Source: an uncultured Bacteroidales bacterium (GTDB taxonomy: Bacteria; Bacteroidota; Bacteroidia; Bacteroidales; JAGOPY01). Taken from it: a stretch of DNA of 64,000 nucleotides. The stretch covers positions 22,484 to 86,483 of the forward strand of contig CAYUQP010000015.1 in NCBI GenBank assembly GCA_964447005.1, given 5' to 3'. Below, in pieces: positions 9,754 through 20,238 of this stretch. The position numbers were made by a program, and so were the translations under genes. Position 1 is the first letter of the stretch, and each line of letters begins with the position of its first letter. Under the pieces are notes generated by a model. The model did not search any database and had not been told where the DNA came from. It saw only the letters and a list, made by a program, of their open reading frames with translations.

Positions 9754-9942
9754 AGAACAGATTATTAATTAATTAATTGATGTTTTGGACTAATTCTTTG
9801 GTGCTAAAATACTATATAATTTCAAATCCGGATCATTAAATTTCATAAAAATTCATAATAGTTAACCGGGAAAAATCAATTAAAAAAATGTTAATTTAGG
9901 CACCTGTTTAGTAAGTTAGTCTATAATCTAATTAAACATCTT

Positions 9943-12900
9943 ATGAATAATCATTTACGCAGTTTATTGAAAGTGGGATTAACGGGATTGATCATGATTT
10001 TTTGCATGACCGGCCTGTACGCCCAGGAGAAAAAAGTCTCCGGAGTTGTTAAAGATGCCGAAACAGGCGAAACCCTGATCGGGGTGAATGTTACGGCTGC
10101 TACCAACAAAACGCTGGGTACTGTGACGGATATCGACGGAAATTATAGCATTGCCGTTCCCGATACGGTCAACGCGCTGAGTTTCTCATTCGTCGGTTAC
10201 ACGACCCAGGTTATAGAAATTACCTCGGGAAAAATCGACGTAAAGCTATCTCCGGGGCAGCAGCTCACGGAAGTGGTCGTGGTCGGTTATGGCACGCAGA
10301 AAACCCGTGAAGTGACCAGCGCTGTCTCCAGCGTGAAAGCGGAAGACTTCAACCGCGGCAACATCAGCGACCCCATCCAGTTGATCCAGGGCAAGGTTGC
10401 AGGGCTTTCTATTGCCAAGCCGGGAAATGACCCCAACCAGGATTTCACCATTCGCCTGAGAGGCCTCTCAACCTTCGGTTCCAACACCGAGCCGCTGATC
10501 GTCATCGACGGGATCCCGGGTGCCAACATGAAATCCATCGACCCGCAGGACATCGTTTCCATCGATGTACTGAAAGATGCATCCGCAGCGGCAATTTATG
10601 GTACCAGGGCCGCTTCGGGGGTTATCCTGATCACCACAAAAAAAGGTGAATTCGTGCCGGGAGGGAAAACGTTCAACGTGGAATTCGGTGCTTCTCTGAC
10701 GTATGAAACGATCGCCAGAACGGTCAGCAACCTCAGCGCGGACGATTACCTTTCACTTACGGAAGGGGATTCGACGAACCATTTCGGCTACACCACCGAC
10801 TGGTTCGATGAGATCACCAGCCCGTCGCTGTCGCAAACCTATAACCTGGCCATGAGCGGCGCCGATGAAAACACGAACTACCGCGTGGCCGCCAACTACA
10901 GGGAGGTGGACGGCGTGGTCATGGGAACCGGCTTCAACCAGCTAAACGGCCGGTTCAACCTGTCGCAGAAAGCTTTAAAGGACAAACTGACCTTCGATTT
11001 AAACCTGTCAACAACTCTACGGAATGAGAAATACTCTCCTTCGGAAGCCCTGCAGTATGCCACAATTTTTAATCCTACTGCCCCTATAACTGCTGAAGAC
11101 CCGTTCTCCGAAGAATGGGGAGGCTATTTCCAGCGTCCTGCCTTCTATTTCTATAATCCTGTCGCCATCATCGAACAAAACGATCTCGATGGCAAGAAAT
11201 ACAACATCCAGGGCGGATTCAAAGGCACCTACGAGATCATCAAGGGATTGAAAGCTTCGGCTTTTTATTCACTGACTTCAAATAATGACCTTTACGGGAC
11301 CTACTACAGTAAAAATTCGCTCTGGACGGCGCACGGGACGGGCAGCCATGAAGGATTCGCACGCCGTGAGACCAAAGACTATTTCAACCATATGCTGGAG
11401 TTGACGGGATCCTATGAAAAGACCATCGAAAAAGTCACTTTCTCAGTGCTGGGCGGCTACTCCTGGCAACAGGCCACTAATGAAGGCTTCTGGGCTTTTG
11501 GCAAAGGGTTCCTCTCGGATGACTTTTCTTACAACGATTTGGGCTCCGCATCCGGTGACCTCCCGAATAACCAGATGTTTGACAGCTGGAAGGACCGGAC
11601 GACACTGATCGGTTTCTATGCCCGTGCAACAGCCAACTATGATAATGGCATATTCCTTACCGCGAACTTCAGGCGCGACGGCTCATCAATGTTCGGTGAA
11701 AACGCGAAGTGGGGGAATTTCCCCGGGGTCAGTGCCGGGGTTGACCTGGCCAGGTATATTGAGATACCTTATGTGGACCGGTTGAAGGTCCGCGGAGGCT
11801 ATGGCGTTACCGGAAATCTCCCGCCAAATCCCTATCTGTCGAAGCTTTTGTACAATGCCACCAATGATTACTTCTTCTATAATGGAGAATATATTCAGGC
11901 TTACGGTCCCACCCGGAACAATAACCCTGATCTGCAATGGGAAACCAAGCATGATCTTGGCTTTGGACTTGATTTTGCAGTGCTCGATTACAGGATCACC
12001 GGTTCTATTGATTACTACCAGAGCAACAGCGAGGACCTGATCCTGGAGTATGATGTTCCCGTGCCGCCTTATCCCGCTTCAAGGATGTGGCTTAACCTTG
12101 GTGAGTTAAAGAATTCAGGCCTGGAATTCAATGTACAGTACCAGACCTTATCAACGCGGGAATTCGTTTGGAACACCGAGCTCAATTTTGCAAAATTCTT
12201 CGAAACAACCCTGGTAAAGATAACGGATACGCTTACAGGAAACCAAAGTACGCTGTGGTTCGGTCAGCTTGGAGATCCGGGCCTTATCGGAATACAAACG
12301 ATCAAACTCGAAGAAGGAGGCCCGGTAGGACAAATCTATGCACCCATATATGTTTACACTGATACAGCGGGGGCAATGTGGTACGAGACCATTCTGAGAG
12401 ACAGTACCGGCGCTCAGATTGGTACAGATACAACCAAGTCGGGCGTACCAAAAGACGGTTACAGTGTTATCGGAAACGGACTGCCCAAATTCCAGTTCGG
12501 ATGGGGAAATACCTTTAGCTACAAGGGGTTCTACCTGAACTTCTTCCTCAGGGGAGTTTTCGGACACTCGCTCGTCAATGTCAACAATGCCAAATTCGGC
12601 GTACCAAAAGCCCTGGGTATCCAGAGTGGTATGGACATTATCAATGATTATGCCGATGTGACCGATGGCCCTTCTTATTCTGATATTCACGTTGAAAAAG
12701 CCAATTTTGTCCGGCTCGACAACTGGTCGCTTGGGTACAACTTCAAACTGAAGAAGAATGAATACGTGGAAAGCCTGAAAGTTTACTTTTCAGGCCAGAA
12801 CCTGTTCACGATCACCAATTACAGCGGTGTTGATCCCGAAGTGCGTTACGAAGACTCGGCCGATAATAACAATGCCCTGGCTCCCGGCCTCGACCGGCAG

Positions 12901-12954
12901 AATACGTATTTCAGCACCCGGACCTTCACCCTGGGCGTGAATGTTGTTTTTTAA
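9943..12954 (+). CDS. susC: SusC/RagA TonB-dependent transporter
   Basis: N-terminal carboxypeptidase-regulatory-like domain, EVVVVGYG, PLIVIDG, IDVLKDASAAAIYGTRAASGVILITTKKG plug motif, C-terminal Phe. Confidence 0.97.
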   Translation: MNNHLRSLLKVGLTGLIMIFCMTGLYAQEKKVSGVVKDAETGETLIGVNVTAATNKTLGTVTDIDGNYSIAVPDTVNALSFSFVGYTTQVIEITSGKIDVKLSPGQQLTEVVVVGYGTQKTREVTSAVSSVKAEDFNRGNISDPIQLIQGKVAGLSIAKPGNDPNQDFTIRLRGLSTFGSNTEPLIVIDGIPGANMKSIDPQDIVSIDVLKDASAAAIYGTRAASGVILITTKKGEFVPGGKTFNVEFGASLTYETIARTVSNLSADDYLSLTEGDSTNHFGYTTDWFDEITSPSLSQTYNLAMSGADENTNYRVAANYREVDGVVMGTGFNQLNGRFNLSQKALKDKLTFDLNLSTTLRNEKYSPSEALQYATIFNPTAPITAEDPFSEEWGGYFQRPAFYFYNPVAIIEQNDLDGKKYNIQGGFKGTYEIIKGLKASAFYSLTSNNDLYGTYYSKNSLWTAHGTGSHEGFARRETKDYFNHMLELTGSYEKTIEKVTFSVLGGYSWQQATNEGFWAFGKGFLSDDFSYNDLGSASGDLPNNQMFDSWKDRTTLIGFYARATANYDNGIFLTANFRRDGSSMFGENAKWGNFPGVSAGVDLARYIEIPYVDRLKVRGGYGVTGNLPPNPYLSKLLYNATNDYFFYNGEYIQAYGPTRNNNPDLQWETKHDLGFGLDFAVLDYRITGSIDYYQSNSEDLILEYDVPVPPYPASRMWLNLGELKNSGLEFNVQYQTLSTREFVWNTELNFAKFFETTLVKITDTLTGNQSTLWFGQLGDPGLIGIQTIKLEEGGPVGQIYAPIYVYTDTAGAMWYETILRDSTGAQIGTDTTKSGVPKDGYSVIGNGLPKFQFGWGNTFSYKGFYLNFFLRGVFGHSLVNVNNAKFGVPKALGIQSGMDIINDYADVTDGPSYSDIHVEKANFVRLDNWSLGYNFKLKKNEYVESLKVYFSGQNLFTITNYSGVDPEVRYEDSADNNNALAPGLDRQNTYFSTRTFTLGVNVVF

Positions 12955-12981
12955 TTGCAAATCAGATAACATCAATCAGCT

Positions 12982-14547
12982 ATGAAAAAGTTCTTAATCA
13001 CCCTGAAAATATTCCTGGCCATCGCACTACTGGTGATGGTCCAACCTTCCTGCACCAAACTGGATGAAGAAGTCTATTCCGACCTGACTGCCGATAATTT
13101 CTTTTCAAATCCGGACAATTTGGTTTATGCCTTTGGTAAAGCATACACTTCATTGTACGACCTGGTCGGGCATAAATACGGTATGCAGGGCAGCGAATGC
13201 GGCACCGACATGCTGATCGTTCCCCAGCGGGGAGGCGACTGGCTCGACGGCGGTGAATGGCACCGCTTTCACCGTCATACCTGGACCTCGCAGGATAATT
13301 ATTTCAACCACTGGTGGACCAATATCTACGCCAACGGGGTCAGTACAGTAAACCGGCTCATCTATGAGTTCGAAAGCCTTGAAGGAGTTGATGTTACGCC
13401 GGCAGTTTCAGAACTGCGGGCCCTGCGCGCTCTCTACTACTACTGGCTGGTCGATAAATTCGGCAACGTGCCGATCGTGGATGACTTCAACGGCCCTGCC
13501 AAGCCGTTCACTTCCTCACGACAGGAAGTGCACGACTGGGTTGTAAGTGAGTTGCTCGAATCCATGCCATACTTATCCAGGGAAACCGGGCTGCCGATGT
13601 ACGGCAGGATCAATTACTACACAGCTCAGATGATCCTTGCCAAAATGTACCTCAATGCAGCGGTTTTCACCGGTACGGCACAATGGGAAAAAGCCCTGGC
13701 AGCCTGCGATACGATCATCAATTCCGGATTGTACAACCTTAACGCCAATTACTTTGACAATTATATCGCCGATGCGTCCGGTTCCAGGGAGGTGATCCTG
13801 GCCGTTCCTTTTGATGAATTACTGGCAGACGGATTCGAAATCCACCTCTTCTCGCTGCATTATGGATTGCAGCAGAAATACGGCTTCACGGCCGCTACAT
13901 GGAACGGTATCTGCTTCCAGGAAAGCTTCTTCAACCTGTTCGGCGCGGAAGATCTCCGCCGGAACGGTATGCTTTTCGGGCCGCAATTCTTCGACGACGG
14001 GACCCCGGTAACCGACCCGAGCTGGGAAACCTTCAGTCCCACCCAACCTTTTGACCCGGACGGAGCCCAGGTCAACCTCACACCGTTCGTTAACCAGCTC
14101 GAACCCAACTGCCTCAGGCAATGCGGCGCGCGTGTGGCCAAATTCCCCTTCATCGCCGCCAGTCCAAGGTATATCAGCAACGATTTCCCGATCTTCCGCT
14201 ATGCCGATGTGCTGCTTATGAAAGCCGAATGCCTGCTGCGTCTTGGACAGGCCGGTGATGCATTGCCGATTGTGAACGAAGTCAGGGCCCGCGCCAGCGC
14301 AGGTGATCTTGATGAGGTCACCTTCCTTGACCTGCTTGAAGAGCGCGGCCGCGAGCTATTTTGCGAAGGGCACCGCCGGTCGGACATGATCCGCTTTGCA
14401 GACGAGATCCCGGCTGATAATCCGCTGAATTATTTCGCTCCCAGGTGGGAAAAGGAAAATGTCACGGAGCCTTTCCGCAGCCTGTGGCCTATCCCGCAGA
14501 GCAAACTGGATGTGAACGAGAATCTGGAACAGAATACGGGGTACTAA
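12982..14547 (+). CDS. susD: SusD/RagB glycan-binding lipoprotein
   Basis: Lipobox QPSC, LRALYYYWLVDKFGNVP, FRYADVLLMKAE, ERGRELFCEGHRRSDMIRF, terminal QNTGY. Confidence 0.96.
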   Translation: MKKFLITLKIFLAIALLVMVQPSCTKLDEEVYSDLTADNFFSNPDNLVYAFGKAYTSLYDLVGHKYGMQGSECGTDMLIVPQRGGDWLDGGEWHRFHRHTWTSQDNYFNHWWTNIYANGVSTVNRLIYEFESLEGVDVTPAVSELRALRALYYYWLVDKFGNVPIVDDFNGPAKPFTSSRQEVHDWVVSELLESMPYLSRETGLPMYGRINYYTAQMILAKMYLNAAVFTGTAQWEKALAACDTIINSGLYNLNANYFDNYIADASGSREVILAVPFDELLADGFEIHLFSLHYGLQQKYGFTAATWNGICFQESFFNLFGAEDLRRNGMLFGPQFFDDGTPVTDPSWETFSPTQPFDPDGAQVNLTPFVNQLEPNCLRQCGARVAKFPFIAASPRYISNDFPIFRYADVLLMKAECLLRLGQAGDALPIVNEVRARASAGDLDEVTFLDLLEERGRELFCEGHRRSDMIRFADEIPADNPLNYFAPRWEKENVTEPFRSLWPIPQSKLDVNENLEQNTGY

Positions 14548-14575
14548 ATGGGTAACCATTCTGTGGTTTCAAACT

Positions 14576-14683
14576 CCAACGACTAAAGCCGTTGGTTACT
14601 ATAGCCTTACAAATAAAACCGACGACTTCAGCCGTCGGTTTTTATTTTGCAACTAACTTGGAACCAACGGCTTTAGTCGTTGG
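14576..14683. repeat. Cluster of three REP-like palindromes; the central copy forms a bidirectional terminator
   Basis: Inverted copies at 14576-14595 and 14664-14683 flank aaataaaaccgacg-acttcagc-cgtcggtttttattt (14611-14647) between convergent genes. Confidence 0.85.
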
Positions 14684-14703
14684 AGTTCACAACCAAAGCG
14701 AGG

Positions 14704-16107
14704 TTATTTCACATATACCAGGTATTCCCAAGGTTTCAGCCTCACCGCATCACCCTTCTTAAACGTCATCTCTTCTTCCGAAAACCATTCTTTGTAGTTG
14801 CCAGCAAAGGCATCCCCTTTCAATTTGAATTCCTTTACCTCACCCGTCAGGTTTGCCAGCACAAAAACCCTGTCGCCTTCTTTATCACGGGTGAAAGCAA
14901 ATACAGCGGTGTCGGCAGTCGTATTGATCCGCTTCAGCTTTCCTCCCCAGTTCCCGTTCCAGAGCGGCTGGTAGGAATGTTTCAAAGCGAAAAGCTTCTG
15001 GTAGAAGGGCTCGAGGCGGTAATCCCCCCAGATGATGGTGTCTTTGTCAAAAAACCTCAGGCGTTCGTTGAAGGCAGATTCCTGGCCGCTGTAAACCAGT
15101 GGCATGCCAGGCAGGGTCGCCGTCAGCACGGCCATGCAGACCGAGCCGGCGCCCATCCGCTCGAATTCCGTCCCCTGCCAGGAGTTCTCGTCATGGTTCG
15201 AGGTAAATGCCATCCGGTAAGCATCGGTAGGATAAAGGGTGTCCTGTTTCCGGAAATAGTCTTCCAGCGCGTTGGCGTTTTTCTCTCCTTTGGCAATGGA
15301 ATTCATGATATGATGCAACTCCCAGGCGTACGACATGTCGAAGGCCCGGAAATGGTGCGGTGGCTCTTCGGCTTCTGCCAGCATGAAAACCGGCTTGATC
15401 CGGTCCAGTTCGGCCCGGACCTGCTCCCAGAAATCCAGTGGCACCATGCCGGCGACATCACAGCGGTAACCATCGATATCGGCCTCCGTGACCCAATATT
15501 TAAACGCATCGATCATGGCCGCACGCATCCCGGGGTCATCATAATTAAGATCTGCGACGTCGCTCCAGTCATAAGGAGAAACAAAATTACCCAGTGAATC
15601 CTTCGTATACCATTCCGGGTGTTCCGTGATCCAGGCATTGTCCCACGAACTGTGGTTGGCCACCCAGTCGATGATCACCTTCATCCCCTGGGCATGTGCG
15701 GTCCCGACAAGTTTTTTGAAGTCATCAAGGGTGCCGAACTCAGGATTGACTCCTTTATAATCCTTCACGGAATAATAGCTTCCCAGGCTGCCTTTGCGGT
15801 TCTTCTCCCCGATCGGATGGATCGGCATCAGCCACAGGATATCCACACCCATTTTTTTCAGGCGGGGAATATGCTCAAGGAAGGCGTTAAAAGTCCCTTC
15901 GGGAGTGAATTGCCTGATGTTCACCTCGTAAATGTTCGCGTTGCGGCTCCATTGCGGATGAACGACAAAGCTCTGCGGCGGTTCTTTCGTCGCCGGGGTT
16001 TCCTTTTTGGGGGCATTGCAGGCTACAACCAACAGGATCAGGATCACCGGCAGGAGCAGCAGTAGCTCAGATAAGGTTCGGGTAATTGTCATTTTATTGA
16101 TATTCAT
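14704..16107 (-). CDS. GH13 alpha-amylase-family lipoprotein
   Basis: Lipobox LVVAC; YEVNIRQFTPEGT, DWVANH, GYRCDVAG, LAEAE, SNHDEN. Confidence 0.92.
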   Translation of the reverse strand: MNINKMTITRTLSELLLLLPVILILLVVACNAPKKETPATKEPPQSFVVHPQWSRNANIYEVNIRQFTPEGTFNAFLEHIPRLKKMGVDILWLMPIHPIGEKNRKGSLGSYYSVKDYKGVNPEFGTLDDFKKLVGTAHAQGMKVIIDWVANHSSWDNAWITEHPEWYTKDSLGNFVSPYDWSDVADLNYDDPGMRAAMIDAFKYWVTEADIDGYRCDVAGMVPLDFWEQVRAELDRIKPVFMLAEAEEPPHHFRAFDMSYAWELHHIMNSIAKGEKNANALEDYFRKQDTLYPTDAYRMAFTSNHDENSWQGTEFERMGAGSVCMAVLTATLPGMPLVYSGQESAFNERLRFFDKDTIIWGDYRLEPFYQKLFALKHSYQPLWNGNWGGKLKRINTTADTAVFAFTRDKEGDRVFVLANLTGEVKEFKLKGDAFAGNYKEWFSEEEMTFKKGDAVRLKPWEYLVYVK

Positions 16108-16119
16108 TTATTTATTTAT

Positions 16120-18498
16120 TTAGTTATTGTATAATATTTCAAACGACCAGGGTTGAAGATCTATCGAAAGCTCCCCGTCTTTAATTGCGAAATCATTCCC
16201 GAATCCGGATTTCATTCCCTCCGCATCCAGCCAGCCGGGCAAACTCACCGTCAGCTTTACCGGTTCATTGCGCTTGTTGAACACAACTATCACGGAATTG
16301 TCAAAGTAATTCCTGGCATAGGCATAAATCTTGTCACTGACCTGCAACGTCATGAAATTCCCGTAGATCAGGGCCAGGTTTTCTTGCCTGATCCTGGCCA
16401 GCTTCGTTGCTTTCTCCTTTGTCGTGAGCTCCAGGGAGGTAAGGTCCGCGAACTTCATCTGCCGCCGCGAATCAGGGTCATTGCCGCCGGGGATTCCGAG
16501 CTCATCACCGTAATAGATCACCGGCAGCCCCGGAATGGTCATGATAAAGGCCGTCAGCATCGAGAGCTTCTGGTATCCGACCGGATCACCGACGCCGATA
16601 TCTCTTTTCCACCCGGCCATCTTTGCATTTTCACCAAACTTCAGGTCTCCGCCGGCGTAAGAGATAAACCGGCCCCTGTCCTGATTGCCGGTGATGTATC
16701 CCATCCGGTTCGTATTTCCGTAAAAGTCAAAACTGGTCTGCAGCGTGTTGTCGAGATTGGTGAACGGATCCTCTTCGCGTGCAAACACACCGATGGCTGC
16801 ATCGTAAACATTAAAATCGAATTGCCCGTCGAGCATTCCTGCACCCACGTAACCGGATATGAGCTCAGGCCCGCCGTAGGTTTCCCCGATCTGGTATATA
16901 TCACGCCCTTCACCCGCAACCACCTTCTCCTTGATCTTTTTTGTCAGCGTTCTCCAGAAGATCTCCGGGATGTGCTTGGTGGCGTCATGCCTGAAACCAT
17001 CCAGGTTGTATTCCCGCAACCACCAAACTGCCGAGTCGGTCAGCATTTCCGTCACTTCAACCTGCTGCAGGTCCAGCGTGGGCAGAAAATCATCGAACCA
17101 GGTGGTGAGCCGGTGCTCGTCCCACTTCTCGGTATTTTTCGTTCCGTCCGGCAGGTAAAGACTGGTGGTCCAGTCAGGATGCTCAATATAATAAGGATGC
17201 AGTTCATGGACATGATGTGCCACGAAATCCAGCAGGACGTTCAGCCCGTTGTCATGGGCGGTCTTCACCATTTCTTTCAACTCTGCCGATGTACCAAAGC
17301 GCGGGTCAACCTGCGTGAAAGAGATCGGCCAGTAGCCGTGGTAGGCCGAGAATTTGGTCTTCGGGTCATTCCATTGGCCATACGCGCCTTTCGGGTTCAG
17401 CACGACAGGGGAAATCCATATTGTATTCACGCCCAGGTCATTAAAATATCCTTCCCTGATCTTTTGCGTAACGCCCGCAATATCGCCGCCAAAAAAATCG
17501 GCCTTCGGCAGCACCAGCGCCGGATCGCCAATCGGCTCGTCATTGCCGGGATTACCGTTGTGAAAACGGTCCACGAAAACATTGTAGATGATCTGTGCTT
17601 CCATATCGGTACGCATGACTTTCGCGGGATCCGAAACCACGCTGCCGTTGTTAAGCGGTATCATGAGATCATTCGATACACCGGCATCGTTGTATGAATA
17701 AATCCTGATGAACGAACGCTCCATCGATGTTGCCTCTGCAGGAATTGAGATTTCAAGCTTATTTTCTTCTAATTCAAGATATGACTCATCCAACCGGATA
17801 TTTTGCCAGAAGACGAAAAACGCTTCCGGTTTGGTTGTCCATCTTATTGAGAGGCTGTTTCTACCCTCTTCGATATCATCGGTATAAAGAAATGGCAGCA
17901 GCGATTTTTCCACCAGGCCCACTTTCAGGACCGAGTTGAATGCCCCGTTGTTATTATCCACCGAATCCGGATTGGCAGGATCAACTCTCCATTTCCCATC
18001 AGTGACAAGCTGGTACTGATACCTGCCCGGATTCAGCGGAAGGACAACCGACCAGTTTCCATTTTCCAGTTTCAATTCCGTCCTCGACGGGGTCCAGCCG
18101 TTGAATTCGCCGGCAAGCTGCACACTGCTGTATTCCTTACCGGCAGGATCAAAGGTATAAATGAAGTCCGTTTTCCTGCTTTTCATGACCAGGACCGATT
18201 GCCAACCGCCATTGCTCCATACTTTCATTTCAGAAAGCGGCTCAATGATCCCGGAAGGTTTAAAACTTGCAGTAGCTTTATCCGGCGACAACACAGCTTT
18301 CAACCTCCCGAGGTAAACTGAATCGACGATCTCCGGATTTGGCACGAAATCTGTTATAATCAGTTCCGTTTGGTCTTTGTCAAGACGCAGGGGAAGTGCA
18401 AGGCCGGGTATAAAATGATGGGAAGGCAGGGGGGACGGGGACTTGCTGCAGGCAGCCAGGATCAGGAACAACCATAACAGGGGAACGATTCGCTTCAT
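16120..18498 (-). CDS. GH13 lipoprotein with CBM48/AMPK-type glycogen-binding domain
   Basis: Lipobox LAAC; VQLAGEFNGW...YQYQLVTDGKWRVDP; DFVAHH, GFRHDATKH, IGETY, GNQD; start taken at MKRIV. Confidence 0.9.
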   Translation of the reverse strand: MKRIVPLLWLFLILAACSKSPSPLPSHHFIPGLALPLRLDKDQTELIITDFVPNPEIVDSVYLGRLKAVLSPDKATASFKPSGIIEPLSEMKVWSNGGWQSVLVMKSRKTDFIYTFDPAGKEYSSVQLAGEFNGWTPSRTELKLENGNWSVVLPLNPGRYQYQLVTDGKWRVDPANPDSVDNNNGAFNSVLKVGLVEKSLLPFLYTDDIEEGRNSLSIRWTTKPEAFFVFWQNIRLDESYLELEENKLEISIPAEATSMERSFIRIYSYNDAGVSNDLMIPLNNGSVVSDPAKVMRTDMEAQIIYNVFVDRFHNGNPGNDEPIGDPALVLPKADFFGGDIAGVTQKIREGYFNDLGVNTIWISPVVLNPKGAYGQWNDPKTKFSAYHGYWPISFTQVDPRFGTSAELKEMVKTAHDNGLNVLLDFVAHHVHELHPYYIEHPDWTTSLYLPDGTKNTEKWDEHRLTTWFDDFLPTLDLQQVEVTEMLTDSAVWWLREYNLDGFRHDATKHIPEIFWRTLTKKIKEKVVAGEGRDIYQIGETYGGPELISGYVGAGMLDGQFDFNVYDAAIGVFAREEDPFTNLDNTLQTSFDFYGNTNRMGYITGNQDRGRFISYAGGDLKFGENAKMAGWKRDIGVGDPVGYQKLSMLTAFIMTIPGLPVIYYGDELGIPGGNDPDSRRQMKFADLTSLELTTKEKATKLARIRQENLALIYGNFMTLQVSDKIYAYARNYFDNSVIVVFNKRNEPVKLTVSLPGWLDAEGMKSGFGNDFAIKDGELSIDLQPWSFEILYNN

Positions 18499-18578
18499 GG
18501 GAATTTGTGTTTGGTTATGCAAATATCGGTATTAAAGGGACTCCCCGGGGAGGTTGAATCCGTTATAAGAAAAATTTG

Positions 18579-18586
18579 TAATTTTG
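18579..18586 (+). promoter_or_regulatory. -7 promoter element (TAATTTTG)
   Basis: Exact consensus match, with TTG about 22 nt upstream. Confidence 0.65.
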
Positions 18587-18641
18587 CTGCGTCTTACTAC
18601 CACATTGTTAGTAATCAACATTAAAACCTGATCGATCGAGC

Positions 18642-20135
18642 ATGAAAATTGAAAATTCGATGGCAACTGTATTAAATGATAACCCGGTGATCTACGAGAT
18701 CAATACATTTATCTGGTTAAGGGAACTGGGAGAAAAATACCGCAAAAAGATCACGCTGGCCAATGTGCCTGTCAAAGAATTCGATGAGCTGGCGGCAATG
18801 GGATTCGATGCAATCTGGCTGATGGGTGTCTGGAAACGAAGCCATGCGGGCCTGGAAATTGCAAAAAAGCATGAAATTATCATGAAAGAGCTTCAGGAAG
18901 CACTGCCCGACCTGCAGGAAGAAGATATTGCCGGTTCACCGTATTGTATCAAAGAGTACACGGTGGATCCGTCAATCGGCGGAGATAAGGGCCTGGCCAG
19001 GACCCGGAAAGAAATGGCCGCGCGCGGCATGAAACTGATCCTGGATTTTGTGCCGAACCACGTGGCCCCCGATCATCCGTGGACCAAATCGAACCCCGGC
19101 TTTTTTATCACCGGAACGGAACAAGAAATGTCGTCCCGTAACGAAGACTTTTATAAATCCGGGAAAAATATTTACGCAAAGGCCCGTGACCCTTTTTACC
19201 CGCCTTGGCCTGATGTTTTGCAGTTAAATGTATTTGACAATGGCTTGCGTGAAAAGCTGCTCGAAACGCTGAAAACGATCGCCGCTGCCAGCGATGGCAT
19301 CCGTTGTGATATGGCCATGCTGGTGATGAACGATATTTTCGGAAAGAACTGGGGTGAAAAAGCAGGACAGGCACCTGCGGTGGATTTCTGGAATTTCATG
19401 ATCCCCGCGGTGAAAAAGGAGTTCCCCGGTTTCATGTTCATCGCGGAGTCATACTGGGATACGGAACCGGCGCTGATTGCCCAGGGCTTTGACTATTGTT
19501 ACGATAAAAGATATTATGATTACCTGAAGGAAGGAGCGCCCCACATGTTACAGCACCTGTCGGAAATGGACAAATACCGGGAAAAGCTTCTCCGGTTTAT
19601 TGAAAACCACGATGAACCGAGGGCGGCAGGGCTTTTTAACTTCATGAAGAACAGGGCTTACGCCCTGGCGTCCCTCACCCTTCCGGGGCCACGACTAATC
19701 CATGACGGGCAAATCACAGGACGTACCGTAAAAGTGCCCGTTTTCCTGTCAAGAAGACAGGATGAGCCGGAGCAGGCGGAAATCAGCAAGTTTTACCTGC
19801 AATTGCTGAAATTGCTGAGGTTTGATGCGGTGCGCAAAGGGAAATGGGCCCTGTGCAACGTTTCAGGATGGATTGACAACCAGACATGCCGGAATCTACT
19901 GACCTTTGAGTGGGTCTGCGAACACGAAACCCTTATGATCGTAGTCAACCTGAGTGATTCCTCCTCCCAGGCATATGTGAAATCAGGCTTTCAATACAGG
20001 CCTGGCAGAACTTATCAACTGTTTGATGTTACTTCAGGGGAACTCTATCTCCGCGATGGCGAAGAAATGAACGATCCGGGGCTTTATATCGTTTTATCCG
20101 GTTGGGGGGTGCATGCATTTAGCATTGAGCATTAG
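18642..20135 (+). CDS. Cytoplasmic GH13 alpha-amylase-family protein
   Basis: IYEINT, GSPYCI, DFVPNH, GIRCDMAM, IAESYW, ENHDE; no signal peptide. Confidence 0.9.
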   Translation: MKIENSMATVLNDNPVIYEINTFIWLRELGEKYRKKITLANVPVKEFDELAAMGFDAIWLMGVWKRSHAGLEIAKKHEIIMKELQEALPDLQEEDIAGSPYCIKEYTVDPSIGGDKGLARTRKEMAARGMKLILDFVPNHVAPDHPWTKSNPGFFITGTEQEMSSRNEDFYKSGKNIYAKARDPFYPPWPDVLQLNVFDNGLREKLLETLKTIAAASDGIRCDMAMLVMNDIFGKNWGEKAGQAPAVDFWNFMIPAVKKEFPGFMFIAESYWDTEPALIAQGFDYCYDKRYYDYLKEGAPHMLQHLSEMDKYREKLLRFIENHDEPRAAGLFNFMKNRAYALASLTLPGPRLIHDGQITGRTVKVPVFLSRRQDEPEQAEISKFYLQLLKLLRFDAVRKGKWALCNVSGWIDNQTCRNLLTFEWVCEHETLMIVVNLSDSSSQAYVKSGFQYRPGRTYQLFDVTSGELYLRDGEEMNDPGLYIVLSGWGVHAFSIEH

Positions 20136-20137
20136 AA

Positions 20138-20238
20138 GTTTTGAGTTCTTAGTTTTGAGTTTTGAGTTTGAGTTATTGAGTTATTGAGTTATTGTTTCAA
20201 TTAAGTAACCAGGAACTTGGAACCAGGAACCAGGAACT
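20138..20238. repeat. Heptamer tandem repeats (TTTTGAG/TTATTGAG, then GGAACCA/GGAACTT) filling a convergent intergenic gap
   Basis: Read directly from the sequence. Confidence 0.8.

Noticed and set aside
16153-17697. 514-aa antisense ORF, and similar ones at 7864-8661, 14680-15597, 25382-26446 and 50298-51107
   Set aside because: Shadow ORFs opposite well-supported genes; expected from codon bias and carry no motifs
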